Source: an uncultured Alphaproteobacteria bacterium (GTDB lineage: Bacteria; Pseudomonadota; Alphaproteobacteria; Acetobacterales; Acetobacteraceae). Taken from it: a stretch of DNA of 64,000 bases. Numbering within the stretch: position 1 is the stretch's first letter; every line of letters starts with the position of its first letter. Below the pieces are notes generated by a model that saw only the letters and a list, made by a program, of their open reading frames with translations, did no database searches and was not told where the DNA came from. Shown piece after piece: positions 1 through 11,118 of the stretch. Both the position numbers and the translations under genes were made by a program. The stretch spans positions 2,060 through 66,059 of the forward strand of contig CAVWZM010000036.1 of assembly GCA_963759425.1 (NCBI GenBank). Direction: 5' to 3'.

Positions 1-1
1 G

Positions 2-1468
2 TACAGCCACGACCACGGTGTGGTGCATCGCGACGTCAAACCAGCGAACATCATGTTCACCAAGGAGAATCAGGTCAAAATAACCGATTTCGGCATTGCG
101 CGTCTGGAAGACAGCGAGATGACACAGGCCGGAATGGTGATCGGCACTCCGGCATACATGTCGCCCGAGCAATTTCTCGGCGAAAAGATCGATTTGCGTA
201 CGGACATCTATTCGACCGGTGTTGTGCTCTATCACCTGTTGACCGGCGAACGCCCGTATGAGGGCAACCTGACGACCATCATGCACAAGGTGCTCTACGG
301 TTCGCCACTTTCGCCGTCCCGGGTGTCAACGCTCGTCACCCCAGCGCTCGACGCGGTCGTGACCCGAGCCATGGCGAGAAACCGTGAGGATCGTTTCAAG
401 AGCGCCGCTGAATTCAACGACGCGTTGCAGGCGGCACGCAGACCTGGTTATGCATCACGACCGGCGCAAGCGGCGACCGCCAAGCCAGCGTCGGATGAGC
501 CTGCCTGGGGAACAGCCAGAAGCACCTCCCGATCGCCGTCTTCGCCGCGGATGCTCGGAATTGGCGCCCTGATCGCCGGCGTGGTAGTCGTCGGAGGTAT
601 TCTCGGCTGGCACTTTCTGAGCGGGCCCGCATCACAGCCGGTGGCACCCGCGACCAATACCGAGGCGACACGTCAAGCCGAAGCGACACGCCAGGCGGAG
701 GCTGCACGCCAGGAAGAGGCGGCTCGACAACAGCAGCAGGATGCACGTCAGGCGGAAGCCGCACGCCAGGAAGAGGCGGCTCGACAACAGCAGCAGGACG
801 CACGTCAGGCGGAAGCCGCACGCCAGGAAGAGGCGGCACGACAACAGCAGCAGGCCGCACGCCAGACGGAACTGGCACGCCAGGAGGAGGCCGCACGACA
901 GCAGCAGCAGGCCGCGCGGCAGGCGGACGCGGCCGCGTTGCGCCAGCAAGAAATGGTGCGGCAACAGCAGCAGGCGGCGGCACGCCAGGCCCAGGCTGAG
1001 GCGACTGCACGCCAGCAAGACGCGGCCCGACAGCAACAGGCAGCGCGCCAGGCGGAGGCGACCGCACGCCAGCAAGAGGCGACGCGACAACAGCCGCCGC
1101 CAGCCCCGCACCAGGACGAGCCGGCACGCCCGGCGGACGCACCACAAACCCGCTATGCGGTGACATCGATCAGCGCGGGCGTCGGCCTGGTATGCCAATC
1201 GGTGACGGGGGAAACCGCGGGCAGGTACGGCCTGGACAGCGCTCAGGGCATGGTCGTCAAGGGTGTTACAATAGGCAGCGCCGCCTCCAAGGCCGGCATC
1301 CGTCAAGGGGATGTCATTCTCAAGATCAAAGGCGCCGAGGCCAATAATCTATCCGTGCTGTCCAAGATCGCCGCCGACACCCCGGCGGGGCAGACTGTTC
1401 CGATCGATATTTTTCGCGACGGCGGGCACCAGCTGCTACAGCTTCAGGTCGATGATCTGCGTCGCTGA
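2..1468 (+). CDS. Membrane Ser/Thr protein kinase (PpkA-like), 5'-truncated by the window: kinase, TM helix, Gln/Ala/Arg repeat stalk, C-terminal PDZ domain
   Basis: HRDVKPAN, DFG and GTPAYMSPE motifs; TM segment LGIGALIAGVVVVGGILGW; C-terminal GMVVKGVTIGSAASKAGIRQGDVILKIKG is PDZ-like; frame is open to the window start. Confidence 0.9.
   Translation, partial: YSHDHGVVHRDVKPANIMFTKENQVKITDFGIARLEDSEMTQAGMVIGTPAYMSPEQFLGEKIDLRTDIYSTGVVLYHLLTGERPYEGNLTTIMHKVLYGSPLSPSRVSTLVTPALDAVVTRAMARNREDRFKSAAEFNDALQAARRPGYASRPAQAATAKPASDEPAWGTARSTSRSPSSPRMLGIGALIAGVVVVGGILGWHFLSGPASQPVAPATNTEATRQAEATRQAEAARQEEAARQQQQDARQAEAARQEEAARQQQQDARQAEAARQEEAARQQQQAARQTELARQEEAARQQQQAARQADAAALRQQEMVRQQQQAAARQAQAEATARQQDAARQQQAARQAEATARQQEATRQQPPPAPHQDEPARPADAPQTRYAVTSISAGVGLVCQSVTGETAGRYGLDSAQGMVVKGVTIGSAASKAGIRQGDVILKIKGAEANNLSVLSKIAADTPAGQTVPIDIFRDGGHQLLQLQVDDLRR
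670..1090 (+). repeat. Intragenic 57-bp tandem repeat encoding QAEAARQEEAARQQQQ(D/A)AR, about 4 good copies plus degenerate ones
   Basis: Unit caggcggaagccgcacgccaggaagaggcggctcgacaacagcagcaggacgcacgt recurs from about 692 with no spacers. Confidence 0.9.
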
Positions 1469-1754
1469 CTAGAGCAATATCAGCCTGACAGAAATTGCGA
1501 AGCCGAATCAGGCTGATGGAATGCTCGCGAACGCAAAGTTGGAGCGTTTCCACTAAAGTGAAAGCGCTCTAATGTTGCCGCGCCGCCAGCTCATTGTTTG
1601 GTCGTACGATTTGCACACCTCCCACGTTCCGCTCAGCGCGAGATCATGCTCAAGACGTGACGATCGCCAAACCATCACCGTGGCCGGCACAACCGGCGAG
1701 ACCCGGGTGCCGATGGTCGACGGCACGCGATTCCCCGGCGGAACGCCGTGTAGG

Positions 1755-2543
1755 TCATGGCTGCCGGTCGTATCGCCGAAAACCATAATTCGTCATCACC
1801 CATTTCAATCTAAAGCCGTATTGGGGGTCGGTCGCGTAAACGCCCGTGAGCGCGTCGGCGAAGGCTTCCGGATCCTGGCCCAGTTGCATCGCCTTCGCAT
1901 AAGGAGTGGCCGTTGCCAGCAACCTGCCATGCTGATCGAAAGCCTCGGCAAGCGTGCCGAACTTGCGAAACCGCGCGCTGACCTGGACGCTCTCACCGTT
2001 CACCACCTCCCGCGTCATGCTTTCCACCGCGTCCTGTCCGGGGGTCGCCTTCATCCCGAATGGATTGTTGCTCCCGGGCGGCATCGCCGCACCCCACGCG
2101 CTCTCGACAACCCATTGTGCGATCGTCACGGAGGCTGGAACGCTCCAGCGCAGGAACGAGGCAATCGCGCCATCAATCACGTCCCGCGGCACGATTCCGA
2201 CGTGACCAAACTGCGGCACCGGCAGCGCTCCATTGGTCACCAGCGGCCGCGCTGCCAGGGAATAGTAGGTGGCGCTCCCCGGATCGACATGTCCGGTAGG
2301 CGGGATCATCGACATCACCACGGCCTGGTATGCCTCGATCGCCAGGATCGTGCCGGGATCGGCAACGCCGGTGACCGGAACCGGGGTGTGCGGCTTGGGC
2401 AGCCGGTCGTTCAGCAGCGACTGAATGACGAAAACATCGCCCGGTGAATTGACCGCGTCCTGGCCGACCGAGGTAAAAATCGGCGCGGCGACACGGCCCA
2501 TCTCATCGGTGCTCAGTATTGTCGGAGACGGAACCAGGCCCAA
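1755..2543 (-). CDS. Peptidoglycan-binding domain plus GH73 (FlgJ-type glucosaminidase/muramidase) hydrolase; true start may be the internal Met (MGRVAAP)
   Basis: N-terminal SVG..N..DV..IQ.LLN..T..AI..YQ..G.VDP PG-binding pattern; AQWVVESAWG, NNPFGMKA, FRKF and YATDPQY GH73 motifs. Confidence 0.85.
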   Translation of the reverse strand: MGLVPSPTILSTDEMGRVAAPIFTSVGQDAVNSPGDVFVIQSLLNDRLPKPHTPVPVTGVADPGTILAIEAYQAVVMSMIPPTGHVDPGSATYYSLAARPLVTNGALPVPQFGHVGIVPRDVIDGAIASFLRWSVPASVTIAQWVVESAWGAAMPPGSNNPFGMKATPGQDAVESMTREVVNGESVQVSARFRKFGTLAEAFDQHGRLLATATPYAKAMQLGQDPEAFADALTGVYATDPQYGFRLKWVMTNYGFRRYDRQP

Positions 2544-2674
2544 GCGAACCTCTCAATCCGAATGCGGCGGGGTGGATGTATTCCAGGATATGCACTTCCC
2601 GTGAAGCCATCGCGAGGCTATAGCCGACAGACAAATCCTGCCGCTATAACACTGCCGGTAGGGAGACAGGTGCG

Positions 2675-4138
2675 TTGAAACGGCCATTTGCACTTGACAA
2701 ATCTCGCAATGAACGGTGGGACCAGGCTGCCGTGCGGCTGACGCTCACGACATTGCGCTGCCCCGATGTCGTCTCACCGGAGCGACGCGTGGTCACCGGC
2801 GGGGAGTATAGAATTGGCCGCGGGTCGGATAACGACTGGGTTCTGACCGATCCACTGCGCCTGCTCTCGAAGAGTTATTGCCTGGTCGCGTTCCGCTCCG
2901 GCCGATGGCAGATCGAGGATACCAGCACCAACGGGACGTTCCTCAATCACGAGATCGCGCCGATCGGAGAGCAGCCTCGGGCCTTGCGCAGCGGCGATCG
3001 GGTGCGTCTCGGCGCATACGAGATCGAGGTGGAGACAGGCGAGAGTGACGCGGAGCCCGTGCCACGCTGGCAGGACGACGACGATATTCGGCCCTCGTCC
3101 AGTGGCTTCACCGGCGCCGCGTCATCGATGCTCAACCCATTCGCGGTCGAACCCGGCGACGTGGGATTGCGGCCAGGTGCGGGAGGGCGTGACGCCGGGG
3201 TGCCAGCCGATTTCATGCCGTTCGGTACCCCGCCGGACCGAGTTTTTGGCGGTCATGTGCAGTCAGATCATTCGCCGGCAACTGGGGACGCGTTTCGGCC
3301 ACCAACCGCCGTCATTCCGATCCCGCAGGATTGGGCACTCGACGTGCCGGCCACCTCACCGGCCATGCCAAACTCGCCGGTCGTGCCACCCCAGCCAGTC
3401 ATGCCGGCCGCCTCCGTCGTCCCGGCGCCGGCCGCGGCCCCACCAGGCATCCCTTTCACCCCTGTCGTTCAAGCTCCGCCTGTGGTCCCGGTCGCACCAC
3501 CGACGCAGCCGTCGCCGCCGCACGCCGCAATGCCTGCCGCCAGCCCTGGGGGCGACCTGATGGCTGCGTTTCTGCGTGGCGCGGGCGCCGAAGATGCCCG
3601 GCCGGCCGATCCGGTTCGAACCATGGAGGCGTTGGGCGAGGTATTGCGCGCAACCGTCGTCGGGCTTCGACAGGCCCTGATCGCTCGCCACAGCATAAAG
3701 GGTGAGTTCCGCATCGAGCAGACGATGGTGCGTGCGAGCGGCAACAACCCGCTGAAATTCTCCGCCGGCGACGATGATGCCCTGGCGGCGCTGTTGGGGG
3801 TGGGCCGGCGCAACGCCATGCCGCCCGCCGCGGCCGTCACTGAAGCGTTGCGCGACATCCGGCTGCATGAGCTTGCAACCGTGGCCGCGATGCAGGAGGC
3901 GGTGCGTGCCCTGCTGGCGCGATTTAATCCCGCCTCGCTGGAACGTCAGGCGTCGCAAGGCAGCCTCGGCAAGCTTCTCGGTCAGGGGAAGGTGCGTGCG
4001 TGGGACGCCTTCGTTGCCCTTCATGCCGAGGTCTCGCAGGCGTTGTCGGATGATTTCGACAGCGTGTACGCCAAGGCATTCGCCCGCGCCTACGAACAGG
4101 CGTTGGTCGAGATGACCGATAGGGAGGACAGGTTCTGA
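2675..4138 (+). CDS. tagH: T6SS-associated FHA domain protein Fha/TagH (start may be the GTG near 2732)
   Basis: FHA motifs IGRGSDNDW, LSKSYC, DTSTNGT; C-terminal EFRIEQTMVRASGNNPLKFS and FARAYEQ; first gene of the T6SS block. Confidence 0.92.
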   Translation: MKRPFALDKSRNERWDQAAVRLTLTTLRCPDVVSPERRVVTGGEYRIGRGSDNDWVLTDPLRLLSKSYCLVAFRSGRWQIEDTSTNGTFLNHEIAPIGEQPRALRSGDRVRLGAYEIEVETGESDAEPVPRWQDDDDIRPSSSGFTGAASSMLNPFAVEPGDVGLRPGAGGRDAGVPADFMPFGTPPDRVFGGHVQSDHSPATGDAFRPPTAVIPIPQDWALDVPATSPAMPNSPVVPPQPVMPAASVVPAPAAAPPGIPFTPVVQAPPVVPVAPPTQPSPPHAAMPAASPGGDLMAAFLRGAGAEDARPADPVRTMEALGEVLRATVVGLRQALIARHSIKGEFRIEQTMVRASGNNPLKFSAGDDDALAALLGVGRRNAMPPAAAVTEALRDIRLHELATVAAMQEAVRALLARFNPASLERQASQGSLGKLLGQGKVRAWDAFVALHAEVSQALSDDFDSVYAKAFARAYEQALVEMTDREDRF

Positions 4139-4599
4139 CCTCGCGCCGCGCCCTCCTGCTGCTGCCGCTGGTCGCCGCGCGATGCGGGTCGTCGGAGCCG
4201 CCGCCACCTCCCCCCCCGCCCTCACTGGAGCTTGCGATCGTCTGTGGTCCCGGCACCAATCCGAACGACGCGGGAGCCCCGGCGCCGGTCGCGGTTCGGC
4301 TGTTTTTCCTGGCTGCCGATGCCCGGTTTCAGCGCGCCGACGTCTTCGCCCTGACCGAGCGGGAAAAAGCAACACTGTCGGAAGATCTGCTATCGTTCCA
4401 GGAGATCATCGTCCGTCCCGACCAGCACCTGACCCTTAATCCCGAACCGCCGAAGGGCGCTCATTTACTGGGTATCGCCGTACTGTTCCGCGATATCGAC
4501 CGGGCGAAGTGGCGGGCAACCGCGCCGCTTGCCGCCAGCGGTCCAACCAAGCTGACATTGAAGATAGATGGCATCGAGGCCTCGCTTGCGCCCACCTGA
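4135..4599 (+). CDS. tssJ: T6SS outer-membrane lipoprotein TssJ (probable CTG start; absent from the ORF track)
   Basis: Manual translation: (M)TSRRALLLLPLVAARCGSSEPPPP...TNPNDAGAPAPVAVRLFFL...FQRADVFAL...LGIAVLFRDIDRAKWRA...APT*; lies between tagH and tssK; GGAGG 7 nt upstream of the CTG. Confidence 0.88.
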   Translation: MTSRRALLLLPLVAARCGSSEPPPPPPPPSLELAIVCGPGTNPNDAGAPAPVAVRLFFLAADARFQRADVFALTEREKATLSEDLLSFQEIIVRPDQHLTLNPEPPKGAHLLGIAVLFRDIDRAKWRATAPLAASGPTKLTLKIDGIEASLAPT

Positions 4600-4689
4600 G
4601 CCGACCCGCATGCTCGCCGGCAGCCGATCCGCCCGACGCGAGTCGAAGCGGCGCGGACCGAACGGCCGGTGCAACGGGATGGAGCGTTC

Positions 4690-6017
4690 ATGACCTGGTC
4701 CAACCGCGTGGCCTGGCAGGAGGGCATGTTCCTGCGGGCGCAGCACTTCCAGCAGCAGGATCGTGCACTTGAAGCCCTTGTCCTCGGACGCACTGCAATG
4801 CTGCGGCCGCATCGGCTGGGGCATGGTGAACTGGGTGATCAACCGCGACCTGCTCGGCGACCGGGAAATTCGCGGCCACCATCGCATCTGGCGTGTTCGA
4901 GGACGGTACGCCGTTCTCCTTGCCTGGCGATGCCGACCACCCGGTTCCGCTCGATGTGCCGGAGGGCACGCGCAACACCGTCGTCCATCTGGCCTTGCCG
5001 GTCCGGCAGCCTGGCGCCGTCGAGATCGCTTCGGCCGATGCACCCGAAGGCCGTTATGGCCTGCAGGAGTTCGAGGCCTACGACACCCAGTCGGCTTCAC
5101 CCCAGCCGGCGGCGTTGCAGGTTGGCAGATTGCGGCTTCGCTACCTGCTCGAAAATCAGCGTCAGCCCGGCTTTGTCTGTATCGGGCTCGCCCGCATCGT
5201 GGAGGTGGCGGCTGATCGGCGCGTCACCTTGGACGACCGCTGGATACCCCCGGCGCTGATTTGCTCGGCCGCGCCTCCGCTGGCGGGCTTGTTGGCCGAA
5301 TTGTCCGGCATGCTGAACCAGCGCGGCGAGGCGCTGGCCGCCCGGATGACCGCGCCAGGACGCGGCGTCGCCGACGTCTCGGATTTCCTGCTGCTGCAAT
5401 CGGTGAATCGTTGGCAGAAATTGCTGAGCCACTGGGCGGACGCCGGCGCGGTGCATCCGGTCGATCTCTACGCCGTGCTGGTGCAAATGTCCGGCGATCT
5501 CGCGACCTTTACCGAAGCGACCCGCCGCCCCGCCGCATATCCCGCCTATCGGCATGAGGATCTACAGCGGAGCTTTGCTCCGGTGATCGCGGATGTGCGC
5601 CGGTCGCTCTCGGCTGTTATCGACCAGACCGCGACGCCGATCCCGTTGCAAGACCCTCGTCATGGCATACGCGTGGGCCAGATCACCGATCGCAACATCC
5701 TGCGCTCCGGCAGTTTCGTGCTTTGCGTGCAGGCCGACATGCCGACCGACACGCTGCAGCGATTGTTCCCGGCCCAGGTCAAGATCGGCGCTGTCGAACA
5801 GATCCGGGAACTGGTGAATGTCGCGTTGCCGGGCATTTCCGTCAGGCCGTTACCCGTCGCACCCAGGCAATTGCCATTCTATGCCGGGGCCAGCTACTTT
5901 GAACTGGACCGAAACAGCCCTCACTGGCAGCAGATGCAGTCATCCGGCGCTTTCGCCTTGCATGTGTCTGGAGATTTTCCGAACCTCAACCTCGAACTTT
6001 GGGCAATCCGAAGCTGA
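4690..6017 (+). CDS. tssK: T6SS baseplate protein TssK (frameshifts near 4820-4880)
   Basis: MTWSNRVAWQEGMFLRAQHFQQQDR N-terminus; LPVAPRQLPF and LELWAIRS C-terminus. Confidence 0.93.
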
Positions 6018-6232
6018 CAACCGTCTGGAACCGGCAGCCCAAGGGGCAGACCGGTGCGCGGAGTTGGTGACGGGTGGCACAAAACCAATTGGATACCGAC
6101 AGGCCGACCGTCGCGGGATAGGTCAAGATTTCGGCCCGTGGGTCGTTAGTAGGCTTTTCGTTCGTTCTTGCTTGGACAAGGCAATCGCACTGGAATGGCC
6201 GGTCCCTGACTGCGGTCCCGAGGAGGCGGCTC

Positions 6233-7582
6233 ATGAGTGACAATCCGTTCTCACAACCAGAAGACAACGAACGAACCGTCATTCGCCCAGCCGCCGGCCG
6301 CCGACCGGCGCCGCCTCTCGCCGCTACATCCGAGCGCCGCTCACCGCCGCCGGAAATGGCGGAGCCGGACAGCGCCGAACCGCAGTTCGTCGGCACCGAC
6401 CCGCTGCTTGCCGCGGCGGCTCCTCTCCTGCAACTGCTGGCCCGATTGTTCAATGCCAACCACCCGCCCGACGCCGGCGACCTGCGCGAACGCACAGTGC
6501 GGGAGGTGCGCGTCTTCGAACAACGGGCGCGCGCCAATGGCGTGCCGATGGAGCAACTCCGCCCCGCCCATTACGCCCTGTGCGCGAGCCTCGACGATGT
6601 TGTGCTCAACACGCCCTGGGGCAGCGGCGGCGGGTGGAATGCGCGCTCGCTGGTTTCGACCTTTCATCAGGAGGTCAGCGGCGGAGAGCGATTTTTCGTG
6701 CTGCTGCGGCAAATGAAACAGGAGCCCGGCAAATTCCTCCCGGTCATCGAACTGATGTATCTGTGCCTTTCGCTGGGTTTCGTTGGCCAATACCGGGTCT
6801 CGGCCCGCGGCACCGCCGAATTCGACAGCGTGCGCGAAGACACCTACGCGGTCATCGCCCGTCTCCGTCCACCTGGCGAAACCGAACTCTCGCCGCACTG
6901 GCAAGGCGTCTCCGCCCCCTACCGCCCGTCGCGTGCCCGGCTGCCTCTTTGGGTGGCCGGGACCGTCGGCGCGGCGGCGATCGCCGCCTTGTTCACCTGG
7001 TCCTCGACCGGGCTCAACACTGCCTCTGACGGTCTGTATGAACGTATGATCGGCAAGCCTTGGGATCATATGCCGCGGATCGCGCGGATCGCGGTGGCGC
7101 AGCCGCCCGCTCTATCGCCCGTGCCTCCCGAGCCCAGCGTGCTGGACCGGCTACGCGGCTTTCTACGGCCGGAGATCCAACAGGGTCTGGTCTCCGTCAT
7201 TGGCCCGCCCTCGACCCCGATCATCCGTATCAACAATCGTGGTCTGTTTGCCTCCGGCAATGCCGCGGTTCAGCCGGCATTCGTGCAGTTGCTCGAGCGG
7301 ATCGGCGCCGCCCTCAAGACGGAACCGGGCCGCGTCCAGGTGGTGGGGTATACTGACAATGCACCGATCCGCACGGTGCAGTTCCCTTCCAACTTCCAGC
7401 TTTCGTTGGCACGGGCCCAGGCCGCGCGCGCGATCATCGGCCGCGCGATAGACGATCCGGCCCGCCTATCCGCCGAAGGACGCGGCGAGGCGGAACCGAT
7501 CGGCCCGAACACGACGCCCGAGGGACGCGAGCAGAACCGTCGCATAGAGGTTGTGCTTTACCGGGCAGGAAGCCGGTCGTGA
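6233..7582 (+). CDS. tssL: T6SS TssL/DotU with C-terminal OmpA/MotB peptidoglycan-binding domain
   Basis: YALCASLDDVVLNTPWG, GGERFF, YLCLSLGFVGQYR; GYTDN...SLARA...NRRIEV. Confidence 0.93.
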   Translation: MSDNPFSQPEDNERTVIRPAAGRRPAPPLAATSERRSPPPEMAEPDSAEPQFVGTDPLLAAAAPLLQLLARLFNANHPPDAGDLRERTVREVRVFEQRARANGVPMEQLRPAHYALCASLDDVVLNTPWGSGGGWNARSLVSTFHQEVSGGERFFVLLRQMKQEPGKFLPVIELMYLCLSLGFVGQYRVSARGTAEFDSVREDTYAVIARLRPPGETELSPHWQGVSAPYRPSRARLPLWVAGTVGAAAIAALFTWSSTGLNTASDGLYERMIGKPWDHMPRIARIAVAQPPALSPVPPEPSVLDRLRGFLRPEIQQGLVSVIGPPSTPIIRINNRGLFASGNAAVQPAFVQLLERIGAALKTEPGRVQVVGYTDNAPIRTVQFPSNFQLSLARAQAARAIIGRAIDDPARLSAEGRGEAEPIGPNTTPEGREQNRRIEVVLYRAGSRS

Positions 7583-7604
7583 TGCTCGCCAGCGGAGGCC
7601 TGCC

Positions 7605-10600
7605 ATGAGCGCGTTGCTCCGTATCCTGCTGTCCCGGTGGTCGCTCAGCCTGATCGGCACAGTGCTACTGGCAATTTTGATCTGGCTGTTCGGCCCGCTG
7701 CTGCCACCGCTGGAGGGCTGGATCTACGCGGCTGGTGATTGTCGTGCTCCTGCTGGTGCTGTGGGCCGGGACCAATCTGGTGCTGGACTGGCTTGCGCGC
7801 AGGCGCGACTTGGCCCTGGCCGCAGGCCTGACCGAGGGCCTGTCCAAGACCGACGCGGCCACGTCCGAGGAAGCCATGGCGCTGAGCGAGAAGTTCACCG
7901 CCGCGCTGGCCTTGTTCAAGCGGGCGCGTGGCACCCGGGGTTACCTGTACCAGCAACCCTGGTACGTCATTATCGGGCCACCCGGCGCCGGCAAGACAAC
8001 AGCACTGCTCAATGCCGGCCTGAAATTTCCGCTCGCCGCCGAAATGGGCCAAGGGGCTGTGGCCGGTATCGGCGGGACCAGGCTGTGCGACTGGTGGTTC
8101 ACCGACAATGCCGTTCTGATCGACACCGCAGGCCGGTACACGACGCAGGATTCCGACGTAACCGTGGATCGTGCCGGTTGGGAATCCTTCCTTGGCCTGC
8201 TCAAGCGCACCCGGCCGCGCCAGCCGCTCAACGGGGTGCTCGTGGCAATCGCTGTGAGCGACGTCGCCCAGGCGACGCCAGACGAGCGGCTGTCGCATGC
8301 CCGAGCCATTCGGCGCCGGGTCAAGGAACTGGAAACCCGACTGGGCGTGCGGATGCCGATCTACACGCTGTTCACGAAGGCCGACCTGCTTGCCGGCTTC
8401 ACCGAATTCTTCGACGATCTGGACCGGACGAAACGGGCACAAGTCTGGGGCGTCACGTTCCCGCTGGGAGCGGCCAGGTCCGAGGCGGGCGGTGGCGAGG
8501 CAGGCACCAGCTTCGTGGCGGAGCTGCGTCTGCTGGTGAAACGCCTGAACTCCCGCCTGATCGAGCGGCTGCAGACGGAACGCAGCCCGGAGCGCCGGGC
8601 TCTGATTGCGGGTTTTCCCAGCCAGGTGGCGACGCTCGAGCAGCCACTTTCAGCTTTTCTGCAGGATGCCTTCGGCGGCTCGCGGCTCGATCCGGCACCG
8701 CTGCTGCGCGGCGCCTATTTCACTTCGGGCACGCAGGAGGGCACGCCTATCGACCGGCTGACAGCCGTCCTCGCCCGCTCCTTTGGCCTGGATCAACGCC
8801 GAGCGCCAAGCCTGCGGCCCGAGCGTGGGCGCAGCTACTTCCTCGGGCGGCTGTTGGGGGAGGTGGTCCTAGGCGAGGCGATGCTGGTGAGCGAGCCGCC
8901 GGGCACAGCACGCCGTCGGATGGCACTGCGTGCTGCCATGTTTGGCGCGGTGGGGCTGGCAATCGCCGGGGTCGCGCTGCTGCTCTACCTGGCACGGGGT
9001 GATGGTCAGCGGCAAATAGACGCATCGGCGGCAGCGCTGTCCGCCTTCGAGCAGACGGCGCGGGGCGTTCCGCTGGATCCGATCGGCGACAGCGATCTGG
9101 CGCAGCTCGCCCCAGCGTTGGACGCAGCGCGCGCCTTGCCATTTGGATATGAACCAAAGCCAACCACGACGAGTTTCTGGCCGAGTCTCGGGCTGGCACA
9201 GCAAGGCAAGCTAAACGCCGGGGCACTCGCAACGTACCGGCACGGGCTGCAGTACGGGTTGTTACCTCGGCTGGTATGGCGGCTGGAAGCGCAGATGCGC
9301 GGCAACATGAGCCGGCCGGACTTTCTTTACGAAGCGACACGGGTCTATTTGATGCTCGGGGGCCAAGGGCCGCTCGATCTCGACCTGGTGCGCGAGTGGA
9401 TGGCGTTGGATTGGCGCGTTGCCTATTCGGGCGCGACGCAGGTTCCACTAGTGGCGTCGCTACGTCGGCATCTGGACGCGTTGCTGGCGGAACCGTTGCC
9501 GGCCATCGGATTGGACGGAGAGCTGGTGGCGCAAACTCGTGCCACATTCAGCCGCGTGCCGGTGGCGCAGCGCGTCTACTCTCGCATCCGTCCATCCGCC
9601 GCCGCGATGCGCTTGCCGGCCTGGACGCCGGCCGAGGCTCTGGGTCCGGCAGGCGCACGGGTATTCGTCCGCGTTTCCAACAAACCGTTGACCGAGGGGA
9701 TACCCGGCTTTCTGACCGCTGACGGTTTCCACGATGTGCTACTGCGGTCGCTGCCCGATGCCGTGAAGGAGGTCGCCGCGGAAACCTGGGTCCTGGGCAA
9801 GCGTGTCGAGTTCAATCCGACCGGTCCGGAGACGCTGGATATCGGGCAGGCGGTCATTGGCTTGTACGAGGCTGACTTCATCCAAAGTTGGGACGCGATG
9901 CTGGCCGACCTCAATGTCGTGCCGCTGCGCAGCCTGACCCAGGCGGCGCAGGATCTCTACATCCTGGCATCGCCGCAGTCGCCGATGCGCGACCTTTTGG
10001 CCTCGGTCGTCAATCAGGTGAACCTTGCCAAACCTCCGCCACCTCCCGCGGCTGGGGGTGCGCCGGCCGATCCCGCCACCGCCCGTCTGCGGTCGATCTT
10101 CGAGGCGCTGCCCGGCCAGCCGGCGCAACTTCCGCTAGGGCATGAAGTGGATCAGCATTTCAAGCCGCTCCGCGACCTGGTGACGGGAGGACAGCTCGAT
10201 CAGGTATTGAAGGTGCTGAGTGATTTGCAGCAGCAGCTTGCCAAGCTGGCTGCCGCCCCGATCGGTGCGGCGGCGCCGACGTTACCCACCGGCAATGATC
10301 CTACTCTGGCGTTGCGGACCGAGGCCGAGCGGCAGCCGCAGCCTCTGTCACGCTGGCTGGGCGGCATCGCGAGCGCGGGTATCGTGTTGCGAGGCGGAGG
10401 GGCGCGGCAGCAGGTGGCAGCAGCGTTCAATGGCGCCGGCGGTCCCGGGACGCTTTGCCCGATCGCCGTGAATGGCCGCTTCCCGTTCACACCGGGTGCG
10501 GCGATCGAGACACCGCTTGGTGATTTCGGCAAGCTCTTCGCTCCGGGCGGCTTGCTGGACGGCTTCTTCAACACGCAGCTTCGTCCCTACGTCGATACGT

Positions 10601-11118
10601 CGGCCAAGAACTGGACGCCGCAACCCGCTGATGGCGTCTCCGCTCCGGTCTCGCCGGCCGATGTTGCTCAGTTTCAACTTGCAGCGGTCATCCGCGACCT
10701 GTTTTTCGCTGGTGGCGGCACCACCCCGTCGGTTCGCTTCGACATCACGCCGACGGCATTGGACAGCGGCGCGACCCAGGTGCTGCTTGATCTGGACGGG
10801 ACGTCGGTCACCTACTCGCACGGCCCGACACGTTCGACGCAGATCACCTGGCCGGATCCGAACCATATGCAGAGCGCGCGTCTGGTATTCGACCCACCGC
10901 CGACCGGCAAAAGCGGGGTATTGGCCGAATCCGGTCCCTGGGCGATGTTCCGGTTATTTGCTCGCGGCGGTCTGGAGCAGGCCGCTTCGCCAGAAAACTA
11001 TCGCCTGACATTCCAGATCGGGGAACGGCAAGCGGTGTTTGATCTGCGTGCCGGCTCGGTGCTCAACCCATTCGCTCCTGGTCTGCTGCAACGGTTTCGC
11101 TGTCCGAGCGTGCAATGA
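7605..11118 (+). CDS. tssM: T6SS membrane subunit TssM/IcmF (frameshift near 7720)
   Basis: LYQQPWYVIIGPPGAGKTTAL, CDWWFTDNAVLIDTAGRY, RGAYFTSGTQEGTPIDRL, C-terminal FRCP. Confidence 0.95.

Noticed and set aside
670-1090. Regular repeats as a possible CRISPR array
   Set aside because: Head-to-tail 57-bp coding repeats with no unique spacers, and no cas genes in the window.
1572-2447. 291-aa plus-strand ORF and the many similar Arg/Pro-rich shadow ORFs across the window
   Set aside because: Antisense or off-frame to genes with clear motifs; expected in high-GC DNA.
6076-6092. TGGCAC before tssL (also at 34781) as a sigma-54 promoter
   Set aside because: No TTGC at the required -12 spacing.
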